Positions 29,219 to 37,763 of a stretch of 64,000 nt of DNA are shown in pieces. Under the pieces are notes generated by a model that saw only the letters and a list, made by a program, of their open reading frames with translations, made no database searches and was not told the DNA's origin. The DNA comes from an uncultured Legionella sp. (GTDB taxonomy: Bacteria; Pseudomonadota; Gammaproteobacteria; Legionellales; Legionellaceae). The stretch's first letter is position 1; every line of letters begins with the position of its first letter. The stretch spans positions 26,637-90,636 of the forward strand of contig CAZNVR010000001.1 of the NCBI GenBank assembly GCA_964576655.1, read 5' to 3'. Position numbers and translations under genes: made by a program.

Positions 29219-30167
29219 CTCCTTTCGTAAACATCTCGGCGTATTCTTTTAATTTTTCATAATGAAAACGTTTCCAATATGAAGGATGTGGTATCATAAT
29301 CTTATTTGAATCATCATCAATTTCATATTTCGTTGCAAAATCCGCAGCTTTTTGTCCTAGAAAAACAATCGTCTTCGGCTTAATCCATTGAATTTCAAGC
29401 TTCAGTATTTCGGCTGCAACATCATCATTAGGAAGCCAAGGTTTAAAAGCATTTGTTAAATAGATGTCCTTCTTATACAAATTTGATTCTTTTAGCGTCG
29501 AATATAAATACTCTGATGAAGTACCAGAAGAAAATGGATATTCATTCAATGTGGCTTTAGGACGTAATTGTTCGCCAACAATCATAATTTCAGCGTTACG
29601 ACTTCCAGTACTTCGTGCATCAATAGTATTCAATTTAGAATTAATAAATGAAGTATTCGTACGTCTTTCGATAAGTGGTTGGACATGCGCGACAAATGTT
29701 TGAGCTGAACATTTAGCAGAATCATAAAAAATTGGATTTAATGAAGATTTTTTCAAAATTATTTCATTAAATAATTCAATCGCTTTATTGATGTCATTAT
29801 TATAATTAAATTCCGCTAATGATTCATTAGTTGCAACACAGCGATTATAAATAGTTTTGGCATCGGTTGACGAATAAATTAATAATGCATCATTCTTTTT
29901 TGCCAACATATCAAAAACCCAAAATTGAAAATCTGAAATTGTACATCCATCACGATAAAGATTTGAATAAACATATTCACCTAAATAAAATCGATCAAAC
30001 ACAACATCTTGACCTTCATATTCTTGGAATAATTGTAAGTATTCTTGATAAGGATTGTTAGTCTGTGGCTTAGAACAATGAATTAACTTAAAATTAAAAT
30101 CACGCGCTATTATTTCCGCTAAAGTTGATTTTCCAGATCGATCTAATCCTTCAATTATGATAAACAT
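29178..30167 (-). CDS. fusion protein: thymidylate/dNMP kinase-like P-loop domain + uracil-DNA-glycosylase-superfamily domain
   Basis: 329 aa. The N-terminus has IIIEGLDRSGKSTLAE..DRFYLGEYVY (Tmk-like). The C-terminus has EIMIVGEQ, IYLTNAFKPW, PKTIVFLGQKAA and IPHPSYW (UDG family-4-like motifs A/B). Confidence 0.6.
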   Translation of the reverse strand: MFIIIEGLDRSGKSTLAEIIARDFNFKLIHCSKPQTNNPYQEYLQLFQEYEGQDVVFDRFYLGEYVYSNLYRDGCTISDFQFWVFDMLAKKNDALLIYSSTDAKTIYNRCVATNESLAEFNYNNDINKAIELFNEIILKKSSLNPIFYDSAKCSAQTFVAHVQPLIERRTNTSFINSKLNTIDARSTGSRNAEIMIVGEQLRPKATLNEYPFSSGTSSEYLYSTLKESNLYKKDIYLTNAFKPWLPNDDVAAEILKLEIQWIKPKTIVFLGQKAADFATKYEIDDDSNKIMIPHPSYWKRFHYEKLKEYAEMFTKGVDFATRSRISYRV

Positions 30168-30172
30168 TATAT

Positions 30173-30526
30173 TTAGCTCCTTATTTTATACATAATCGTC
30201 GATGCTGTTAATCGACGTTGAAATTCATCTTCTGTAATTTTTTCTTGTTCAAATGAATACCGATAATTGTTACGATCCCAACCATCTGGATCCATTATAA
30301 AAGTATCAGGATATAATTCTTGAAGCCAAGTAGCGCTGGTTTTCAAAATCGGCATTGAAGTATTAAAATATTGGCATATAAAGTCAATAATTATGCGTAA
30401 TATACAATCTTGATGATGTGTTATATAGCCTTGTTTACCATTACATAATCCACAGAATGTCGATGGCTGCTTTAAGGCATTAATAAATCCAATTAAAGAT
30501 TCTATTTGCAGCATAAATATCTCCAT
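30173..30526 (-). CDS. hypothetical protein
   Basis: 117 aa. Start is 30526 or 30514. Confidence 0.6.
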   Translation of the reverse strand: MEIFMLQIESLIGFINALKQPSTFCGLCNGKQGYITHHQDCILRIIIDFICQYFNTSMPILKTSATWLQELYPDTFIMDPDGWDRNNYRYSFEQEKITEDEFQRRLTASTIMYKIRS

Positions 30527-30606
30527 ATACGTCTAAAAAATCCGCATCGTTTTGATTGACCTAAAGACTGAATTAGATCATATCCTGATATATTAAAAGT
30601 CGCCAT
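30502..30606 (-). CDS. small protein (34 aa), below ORF-track cutoff
   Basis: A strong SD (AGGAGGTAGT-ATG) precedes MATFNISGYDLIQSLGQSKRCGFFRRIWRYLCCK*. Confidence 0.4.
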   Translation of the reverse strand: MATFNISGYDLIQSLGQSKRCGFFRRIWRYLCCK

Positions 30607-30614
30607 ACTACCTC

Positions 30615-30815
30615 CTAATTAGATTCATACCACCGTTGATACATAAGATTCCAATCAATAGTATTGAAGCAATATTGTGTTATTTTATATCCAATACCAC
30701 CTAAAGAATATGGTAATTGATCTGAAATATAATATTTAAAGTTTAATTCAGTTATATGAAGATCATCTTTTTTTAATTTTAAAGATTGTATCCATGTAAA
30801 GATTATATCTTCCAT
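30615..30815 (-). CDS. hypothetical protein
   Basis: 66 aa. Confidence 0.55.
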   Translation of the reverse strand: MEDIIFTWIQSLKLKKDDLHITELNFKYYISDQLPYSLGGIGYKITQYCFNTIDWNLMYQRWYESN

Positions 30816-30817
30816 AA

Positions 30818-31288
30818 TTACTGTAATGAATTGCTATTTTTATGTATACAATTTTTAATTAAATCAATTTCAACTAGACTTACTAACGAACAATCTTTGC
30901 CGCCGTATCGTAAATAATCACGACCACCATCAACCATAGTTTCATTGTTGCAGCCACACGTTTTATAATCATGACGATTAATAGAATATAAAAGCTTTTC
31001 ACATTGTAGACATTGAACGCCTTGTTGATAACGAAACGGCTTCATTTCAGACGTCGTCATGCCGCGTACAATCATGGATTTACTATTTTGCGGATCAAGT
31101 TGTAGTAATAAATAATCTTTATGGCCTAATTTTTTATCAGGCTTGTGTACTTTATAGACCGCTACAGGGTAATATTCATTGTTAACACAAAATTCATTAC
31201 AAAAAACTGGATCGCTTTTAAAATGTTTTGCAACTGCCTCATGGTCAAAATTATAAAACGAATCTCGTTGATTTAATCTTTTGCGCAT
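30818..31288 (-). CDS. hypothetical Cys-cluster protein
   Basis: 156 aa with CLQCEKLLYSINRHDYKTCGC..VDGGRDYLRYGG. Confidence 0.6.
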   Translation of the reverse strand: MRKRLNQRDSFYNFDHEAVAKHFKSDPVFCNEFCVNNEYYPVAVYKVHKPDKKLGHKDYLLLQLDPQNSKSMIVRGMTTSEMKPFRYQQGVQCLQCEKLLYSINRHDYKTCGCNNETMVDGGRDYLRYGGKDCSLVSLVEIDLIKNCIHKNSNSLQ

Positions 31289-31306
31289 ATCATTAACCTT
31301 GTTTAT

Positions 31307-31660
31307 TTATACCAAATAATTATACTTTTCTTTTAATTCCTTACGTACAGATTTTAAACATTGACGATAAAGTTTATAGAATCGTTTAGAATGTCGATTA
31401 TGCGCTTCATGTACAACTTCATGTGCAACAGTTGTTAAAAGATATGGTAATGAATAATAATGATTAGTTTTTAAACGTCTCAATCTAATACGAATATGAC
31501 CATCAGCATTGTAACCTAAGGTTGTTCTATAAAATTCATCTTTATGATGCATTTTATTTAATGATTTAAAAGAAACGTTAAGATGTTGAGCAACAAGATA
31601 TGCAAATATGCGGAGTAATGCAATTAAATAAGTTTCAAAATAATGATTTAAAGATTTCAA
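31307..31660 (-). CDS. SprT-like zinc metallopeptidase-like protein
   Basis: 117 aa with an HExxH motif in TVAHEVVHEAHNRH. Confidence 0.45.
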   Translation of the reverse strand: MKSLNHYFETYLIALLRIFAYLVAQHLNVSFKSLNKMHHKDEFYRTTLGYNADGHIRIRLRRLKTNHYYSLPYLLTTVAHEVVHEAHNRHSKRFYKLYRQCLKSVRKELKEKYNYLV

Positions 31661-31673
31661 ATTAACCTCATTT

Positions 31674-31907
31674 TCATTGTATATTCGGTTTTTGATTATT
31701 TAATCGTTTAGACCATTCAAGTTCATATAAAATTAAAGATTTAATATTTTGGTAATATTGATCTTTTAAAGGTTCCCATCTTTCGAGTGCCTTTGGATCT
31801 TGTAAAATACTAAATCCAACACACAATGTCCGAATTTCATCAAAAATTTTAAAAATCTTTTCCTTAACATCAGAAATAGATGATATATCAATGTCATCAT
31901 TTATCAT
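31674..31907 (-). CDS. hypothetical protein
   Basis: 77 aa. Confidence 0.55.
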   Translation of the reverse strand: MINDDIDISSISDVKEKIFKIFDEIRTLCVGFSILQDPKALERWEPLKDQYYQNIKSLILYELEWSKRLNNQKPNIQ

Positions 31908-32356
31908 TTTGTAGCCACCTTTGAATATCCACGATTAATACGTTTAATATTTTCGCTATTTTTTGCCATATAAAAATCAAATAACTCTTGTGCTGATAGA
32001 TTAAAAATTAAACAAAGATTAACAAAAAAATGTAGAATATCAACTAATTCCATCTTAATTTCTTTTACTTCATCTTGTGATGGATTAAAATCTTCTGGAA
32101 CTTTATAATTTCTCCATGGCTTCCAAGGTGTTCTATTTAAAAGTTCATGCAATTCATCGGTCAATGCTAACACCATATCTTTGACTACTATAGGTTTTTC
32201 TATTTGATTATCAAGATTTTGTAAATCATTTCCATATAGAAGTTGAAGTTTTTTTTGATATGCAAATATTGTTTCTAATTTATTCTCAATGTTATCTAAC
32301 GGAATAACATCAACATTAGCACATTGGTTTTCAGGATTAATTATTCTAGTTGACAT
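31904..32356 (-). CDS. all-alpha NTP pyrophosphohydrolase (dimeric dUTPase / MazG-like)
   Basis: 150 aa. LALTDELHELLNRTPWKPWR and EIKMELVDILHFFVNL match the E..E..WK.W / E.VD.LHF pattern of dUTPase_2/MazG enzymes. Confidence 0.6.
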   Translation of the reverse strand: MSTRIINPENQCANVDVIPLDNIENKLETIFAYQKKLQLLYGNDLQNLDNQIEKPIVVKDMVLALTDELHELLNRTPWKPWRNYKVPEDFNPSQDEVKEIKMELVDILHFFVNLCLIFNLSAQELFDFYMAKNSENIKRINRGYSKVATK

Positions 32357-33366
32357 ACAGTCTCCTTTGTAAAACCTGTCTGATGAAGAAGCGTTTGTAT
32401 ATCATCATAAGATATGATTGATTTACGGTATGCTTCATGTAAAATTTGGGAACAAATATTTGTTTCTAATTTCGTATAATACCGATGCAATACATTAATT
32501 TTTAATTTTATATCTGAAAGTTGACAAATCGTTGTGGAAGCAGATAAATATGCTAAGCATTCATCAATTTTGCATTGTAAAATATCATTATGTCCTTGTT
32601 GTTGTAAACGATTAATTGTTGGTAAAATATCATTTAATTTTTTCCAATTTAGCCAATTAGTGTTAAATGATTTATTATTGTGCTGTAAAGATTCAATCAA
32701 TTGATTATATAGAACATAATTATCCATTGCGTCAACTGATGAACATTGTAAAAGATTCATTACATCATCTACATTGATATTTTGACCCTGCGCAATCTGA
32801 TTTGATATATCATTCGTTGTGTTAAGATCTTGTTTAAAATTCTGTAATGTTTTATGTTTTTCAATTGTTGAATAAATTGTTAATGAACGATGAAAAAGAT
32901 TTCCAAATCTAAAATAAAGATGACGATAAACATAGGTCAATTCACATCCAAGCGAAAAAGGCCTTAATGTTGTATTAGGATAAGGGACAGTAAGATTTGT
33001 ATTTAATTCTTTTTTATTGATTAAATCATTAAGGCGTTCTAATGTTCGTTCTAAATCATAATTCAATTCAATAAACGTTCGTGAACAATCTTTTAATTCT
33101 GCTCCAGTTTTTTCTTTCAGATATTTGACGTGATGATTAATCCAAGCTTGGTGTCTAATTTCAGGTTTATAAAAATTTTGTAAGGCATAAAAAATCTCTT
33201 TTCGCCCTTCTTGTTGAAGATCTTCAAGAGACATAGCCAAATTATTATAATGACCAAGTCCACGAATCATTTTATGTATTAACCAATCGTATTGTTGAAT
33301 TTTTTTGTTATCGATAATCGATTCTTGACATACATCTTCCATTAGGGCCTCCTTTGTTAAAAACAT
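32341..33366 (-). CDS. divergent sigma-70-family-like protein (region 2-like)
   Basis: 341 aa. SLEDLQQEGRKEIFYALQNFY resembles the region 2.1-2.2 DLvQEG..gL..A..kF pattern. The rest is unrecognisable. Confidence 0.4.
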   Translation of the reverse strand: MFLTKEALMEDVCQESIIDNKKIQQYDWLIHKMIRGLGHYNNLAMSLEDLQQEGRKEIFYALQNFYKPEIRHQAWINHHVKYLKEKTGAELKDCSRTFIELNYDLERTLERLNDLINKKELNTNLTVPYPNTTLRPFSLGCELTYVYRHLYFRFGNLFHRSLTIYSTIEKHKTLQNFKQDLNTTNDISNQIAQGQNINVDDVMNLLQCSSVDAMDNYVLYNQLIESLQHNNKSFNTNWLNWKKLNDILPTINRLQQQGHNDILQCKIDECLAYLSASTTICQLSDIKLKINVLHRYYTKLETNICSQILHEAYRKSIISYDDIQTLLHQTGFTKETVCQLE

Positions 33367-33417
33367 GAAGAACGCCTAGTAATACTAGCAAAAATGCATC
33401 AATATGTACACCATTAT

Positions 33418-35019
33418 TTAAAGTTTCCAAAAACCATCAATAGAATGGATTAATTGACGTGATCCGTTAGCATAAACAAGACAAGATGAATGAAGCCAAC
33501 TAGAAGGACCACTATTATAACTTAGTTTTAAAAAGCTTGATGTACCAACTCCCCAGGCACCTCGTAGTATTTCGGGCGTATGTGTATGACCTGTAACAGA
33601 ATTTCCATAAGCACTTTCCATACCCATAATAGATCCACGTGACCCATTTGGTCCTTTATCGCCATGTGCGCCTAATTGGATTCTAGCGACCTTATAGTCT
33701 TGATCACGTTGAAGCCAGACAATTCTATCTTTATTTTTTAATCCTGCAAGTTCGACTCCATATCGTAGAGGATCACGTCCTTCCAACATAGCTTGTGCTA
33801 ATTTAAGACTAATATAATGATTGAAGGGATCCTTTACATATATGCCTTCATCTAAATAGCGTTTTAAAAATTCATCATGATTTGACTTAACAATAACAAT
33901 TTTTGACACAATTTTGGACCATTTGTCTAAATCATTTGCTAAAATTTTAAGTTCTTGTTCTAAATTTAATTCACCACGATGCGCACGGATTGCTCGTAAA
34001 ACTAAATTATGCTGCTCATGATGATTAATTGACATACCATTAAAAGCATCATGAAGTATGAGACTTTTTGGCTTTAATTTACAAACAATTTCAGCCCATG
34101 CTTTCGCAGCCTGTGGATCAGTTTCACCTGAATGCCAATCGCCTAAAACAAATGCTTCAGGAATACATGTCGTGATTTGTCCATTTTTTTGATATTTAAT
34201 TCCAAGATCAATAAAGGAACCATTTTTATCAGCTTGAATTTGTCGAAAATGATAAATTTCATTATCTACAACTTCAACGATTATAGCACCCATAATATGG
34301 TCATTATCAGCAATATATGCTGTTCGTTCGCTCATGTAGCGTTGGGTATTATAATGAGGACTCGTAATGGCACCCGTTGTCATAAGGGCGTGAGGAGATT
34401 TACTGTTTGCAACAGGAACCATTTTTAAACGTTGTTTCGGTGAAGCATAAATAAAGCTTCCATTTCGTTGACCAATTCTGCCAAGCGATGTAGTAGGATC
34501 AATATGTTTTGCACTTAATTTTATTGTGCTTAAATAAATGTTGCTATTTAATGCCATCTCCTCAACAACAATATGCTCATCTCTAAGGCGACGATCTACT
34601 CGACATCCTGCTGATGACGCGGGATCAGAAGCTAATAAAATTAAAAGTTCAGCATTCTGCCTTTTGCAATAATTTTTTAATGCATTATAAAAATTTTCAT
34701 CAACTGAACATCCTACAACAGCTGTTGTAATAATAAAACGTTGTTGATTACCAATTACACTTCTCAGATCTTTAAGTTTTTTGGGGGTTAAAATATCTTC
34801 AACATTGACATCAGAAAAAACATTAGGAAATTTTAATCGCGCTTGTTTTTCTAACTCTGATAATGATCCGTAATAATGCTCGATTTGACGCTTTGTATAT
34901 AAAAATGCTTTTAAATCCTGAATTGTAACGTGTCGTTTTAGTGTCTTCTGTAATTTAATATAGTCATGTAGTAATTGATCTTTCTTGTTTTTCACTAGTG
35001 GAGTTTGTATTTTTTTCAT
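33418..35019 (-). CDS. large metallophosphoesterase-domain protein
   Basis: 533 aa. The C-terminal half has GDWHSG, VKSNHDEF, GAHGDKG and GHTHTP in order. The N-terminal 290 aa are unassigned. Confidence 0.6.
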   Translation of the reverse strand: MKKIQTPLVKNKKDQLLHDYIKLQKTLKRHVTIQDLKAFLYTKRQIEHYYGSLSELEKQARLKFPNVFSDVNVEDILTPKKLKDLRSVIGNQQRFIITTAVVGCSVDENFYNALKNYCKRQNAELLILLASDPASSAGCRVDRRLRDEHIVVEEMALNSNIYLSTIKLSAKHIDPTTSLGRIGQRNGSFIYASPKQRLKMVPVANSKSPHALMTTGAITSPHYNTQRYMSERTAYIADNDHIMGAIIVEVVDNEIYHFRQIQADKNGSFIDLGIKYQKNGQITTCIPEAFVLGDWHSGETDPQAAKAWAEIVCKLKPKSLILHDAFNGMSINHHEQHNLVLRAIRAHRGELNLEQELKILANDLDKWSKIVSKIVIVKSNHDEFLKRYLDEGIYVKDPFNHYISLKLAQAMLEGRDPLRYGVELAGLKNKDRIVWLQRDQDYKVARIQLGAHGDKGPNGSRGSIMGMESAYGNSVTGHTHTPEILRGAWGVGTSSFLKLSYNSGPSSWLHSSCLVYANGSRQLIHSIDGFWKL

Positions 35020-35665
35020 CAGCGGATCTCTTTTCTTTTAAACGACTTAATGTAAGACTAAAATGAAGTGTTTGTCCAGCAACACGGGGATTCACTTTAT
35101 AATCGTCAGGAAAATGAACATTAATGTGATCTTTTCTCTCACCTGGTACCATATTAATAAGAGCGGAATTAAGATTCGGCATTAACTGTGGAAACATTAA
35201 ATCAGTTATACCAATTGTTGTCATAAAATAGTTCGTACTCATTTCTTTCACAGCATTGCCCGATGTATCAGACGCTGAAAAAGATACAATCACTATGTCC
35301 CCTTCTTGAGCTGGACGTTCTACATCAATAAGATTCAATTGCTTATCAGTCTCCGCTTCGCAACGTGTCATATAATCAACGCGTTGACGTTCAATTGATT
35401 CTGCTAATTCATCTTCAAATAAAATTCCTTTTGTAGCTAAAAGTTTAATTAATCCCGTATATTCAAATTCAATCACGGGGACCACTACATCAATACGTGA
35501 CTCAAGTTGCGCCAAACGTTTTTCTGATTCATTATTACGCTCCATAAGCATTTGACATGCATACAATAATTTTTGCATATCAGTATTATCTGATTCTTTT
35601 TGTTTTAAAACTTGTTTTTTTGTTAAATCCTTATTACGACGAAAACCTTTTAATTCTTCAGTCAT
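34964..35665 (-). CDS. trigger-factor/FKBP-type PPIase-domain-like protein
   Basis: 233 aa. AQEGDIVIVSFSASDTSG...MVPGERKDHINVHFPDDYKVNPRVAGQTLHFSLTL parallels E. coli Tig GDRVTIDFTGSVDG...[33 protein letters not shown] (recalled). Confidence 0.5.
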   Translation of the reverse strand: MTEELKGFRRNKDLTKKQVLKQKESDNTDMQKLLYACQMLMERNNESEKRLAQLESRIDVVVPVIEFEYTGLIKLLATKGILFEDELAESIERQRVDYMTRCEAETDKQLNLIDVERPAQEGDIVIVSFSASDTSGNAVKEMSTNYFMTTIGITDLMFPQLMPNLNSALINMVPGERKDHINVHFPDDYKVNPRVAGQTLHFSLTLSRLKEKRSADEKNTNSTSEKQERSITT

Positions 35666-35667
35666 GA

Positions 35668-36006
35668 TTATGCTCCTTTTATTGTATATTTTGATGTTTG
35701 TCGTTCTTTAAGAACATTCCAGAATTTTATTCTAAATTGTGACCAGCTAAAGCATTGTGATATATTAGTATTAAAAAAACCCATTTTCCACATTATTATT
35801 AATAAACGATGATAGTTCATGGTGACAAAATTTTGAATAACTGCTTTTATTAAGGAAGTCAATGTAAGGGTTCTAAGTTCGATCGTTCGGTCACAAACAG
35901 AAATATCAGAAACAAAAAATGTTTGTGGCCAAGGTTGTAAAGGAACATACCGTCCCATGAATTTATTAAATATCGCTTGTTTGTATTTAAAACTTAATTG
36001 CACCAT
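35668..36006 (-). CDS. hypothetical protein
   Basis: 112 aa. Confidence 0.5.
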   Translation of the reverse strand: MVQLSFKYKQAIFNKFMGRYVPLQPWPQTFFVSDISVCDRTIELRTLTLTSLIKAVIQNFVTMNYHRLLIIMWKMGFFNTNISQCFSWSQFRIKFWNVLKERQTSKYTIKGA

Positions 36007-36007
36007 A

Positions 36008-36604
36008 TTAAATTAACTCTAAGCAATCCGATGGAATGCGAAATTGAATCATTCCTTGCTTAACAATAGCATTTTCACCCTCTATCGTCATAATAATTAC
36101 TTCTGAATCTGGTATGACACGGTCTTTAATATTAATTCCATCGATACTAGGTGGACCTTGAAAATCATAGGCAGATGCACTATCTAATAGAATTGCTTTA
36201 CGACCCTTAACAGGGGGTAATGATTGCAGCATTAAATGTGTCGTAGATGCAGTGGTTGTTTTAATAATAGGCTCAATAGCAGAAGCAGTAGAGGCAGGCA
36301 GGGTTGCGATATATCCGCTAGTCGCTGTGGGTTTCGATGTTAAACGATCAGCTACAAGCTTTAGTTTTTCTATATCTTCCGCGGTTAAGCTGATAGTACA
36401 GGTAGGGTTAATGTCGCGCTCTACATTAGAAATAAATTGTGTCAAAAAATCTTTAATTGTTCGAGTAATTTCAGATATAGCTTCATTAGAAGATTTTCGT
36501 ATTAAAGAAGGTTGGAATAAAATCTCTGCCGCTATCATCTTTTGTGATAACTCTATGAGCTCTGATTTATGCTGTAGTTTCTGAATTTCATCTTTAATTG
36601 ACAT
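36008..36604 (-). CDS. hypothetical protein (scaffold-position)
   Basis: 198 aa. It follows the minor head protein gene and has a promoter-like element plus SD upstream. Confidence 0.6.
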   Translation of the reverse strand: MSIKDEIQKLQHKSELIELSQKMIAAEILFQPSLIRKSSNEAISEITRTIKDFLTQFISNVERDINPTCTISLTAEDIEKLKLVADRLTSKPTATSGYIATLPASTASAIEPIIKTTTASTTHLMLQSLPPVKGRKAILLDSASAYDFQGPPSIDGINIKDRVIPDSEVIIMTIEGENAIVKQGMIQFRIPSDCLELI

Positions 36605-36626
36605 TATCTATCTCCCTGATATCCAC

Positions 36627-36635
36627 ATTATACCG
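36627..36635 (-). promoter_or_regulatory. -10-like element CGGTATAAT upstream of ORF 36008-36604
   Basis: Minus strand reads TCTTCGGTATAATGTGGATATCAGGGAGATAGATA-ATG. Confidence 0.4.
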
Positions 36636-36640
36636 AAGAC

Positions 36641-37540
36641 TTATTGATCTTGATGACGAATATAGTTGGGCGTTTTATAGATCATTTGACCAGCGTCATT
36701 AAATGTCCATCCATTAGGAATTTCAACCAAAGAACATCGACAATTAGGGTGCATTGATGTAATTGTAGGTTTATAATCAACGGCTTTTTTACCATAGTTA
36801 CTGCCATTTGCTTGCAATTCCGATAATTTAAAGACTCTCGGCGTTAAGCCATTGGATAGTGTATACGCTTTACGACAATATACACAAGTTGCGGCATCAT
36901 TGTTAATGCGCTTATACACATAGATCTCATCTGGTGATCGTCCTTTATTTCTGGATACGATAGCATCAGCTTCACCTAAATTCATGGCTGAGGTCAATTC
37001 TGTTGTTGCTACACGCTTCCAATCGCGAAATAAGTCACTTGTTTTTTCACGAAGATCTGAAGCAATTTGCATAATTGTTTGATTTTGTTCAATACCTTCG
37101 ATTAATGGAGAGCGTACAGTATCAGTCAAAATTTTATTGCGATACTCTAAATTATTGTCATTAATGATTTGTTCAATACTAACTCGCGCCTTTTCTCTAA
37201 TGTTTGTTAAAAAATTGCCTGCTGACAGACTGATATGCTCAATAGCGTACTGTTCTTTGTCCGTTATGGTCTGTGCAGTGTGTCGAAGCTGTTTATTAAA
37301 CTGATTTAACGTCATGTCATCACGAAGACGAGGATCTAATGTATTGCGTGCACGACCTATATAGTAGCCATCTTTGATTTTCCCACCATCATCAGAAACG
37401 TCAATTAACCCAGCATCAATTAAGGCTTGGAGTTCCTGATCTGTGAGATTTTCACGACCAGCAATTTTAAAAATCAATGCATTGTAGTGATTTTTAATCA
37501 AATCTCTAATTTGTTGTATTTTTTCTTTGTTAATAATCAC
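36641..37540 (-). CDS. minor head protein, Mu F / SPP1 gp7 family
   Basis: 299 aa. The C-terminal MHPNCRCSLVEIP is the family's H.nCRC signature. Adjacent to the portal gene. Confidence 0.8.
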   Translation of the reverse strand: MIINKEKIQQIRDLIKNHYNALIFKIAGRENLTDQELQALIDAGLIDVSDDGGKIKDGYYIGRARNTLDPRLRDDMTLNQFNKQLRHTAQTITDKEQYAIEHISLSAGNFLTNIREKARVSIEQIINDNNLEYRNKILTDTVRSPLIEGIEQNQTIMQIASDLREKTSDLFRDWKRVATTELTSAMNLGEADAIVSRNKGRSPDEIYVYKRINNDAATCVYCRKAYTLSNGLTPRVFKLSELQANGSNYGKKAVDYKPTITSMHPNCRCSLVEIPNGWTFNDAGQMIYKTPNYIRHQDQ

Positions 37541-37763
37541 GTTTAAGTATTTCTAAAATATCTTTAATGAGTGTGGAATAAGAATCCTTAAAATCACGAT
37601 CCATATCTTCCGCTAAAAGATTCATTAAAGAATCATCGAATCGCTTATCTAAAAATTCTTGATCTTTTTTTTCAATAAAGGATTTAATTAAAGATTCTTC
37701 AATTTCTTCTGGATTTTCATTTGATTCAGTAATGATTTTAACAATGGCCATTATTTTTTCCAA
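37530..37763 (-). CDS. hypothetical acidic protein
   Basis: 77 aa. Confidence 0.55.
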   Translation of the reverse strand: MEKIMAIVKIITESNENPEEIEESLIKSFIEKKDQEFLDKRFDDSLMNLLAEDMDRDFKDSYSTLIKDILEILKRDY

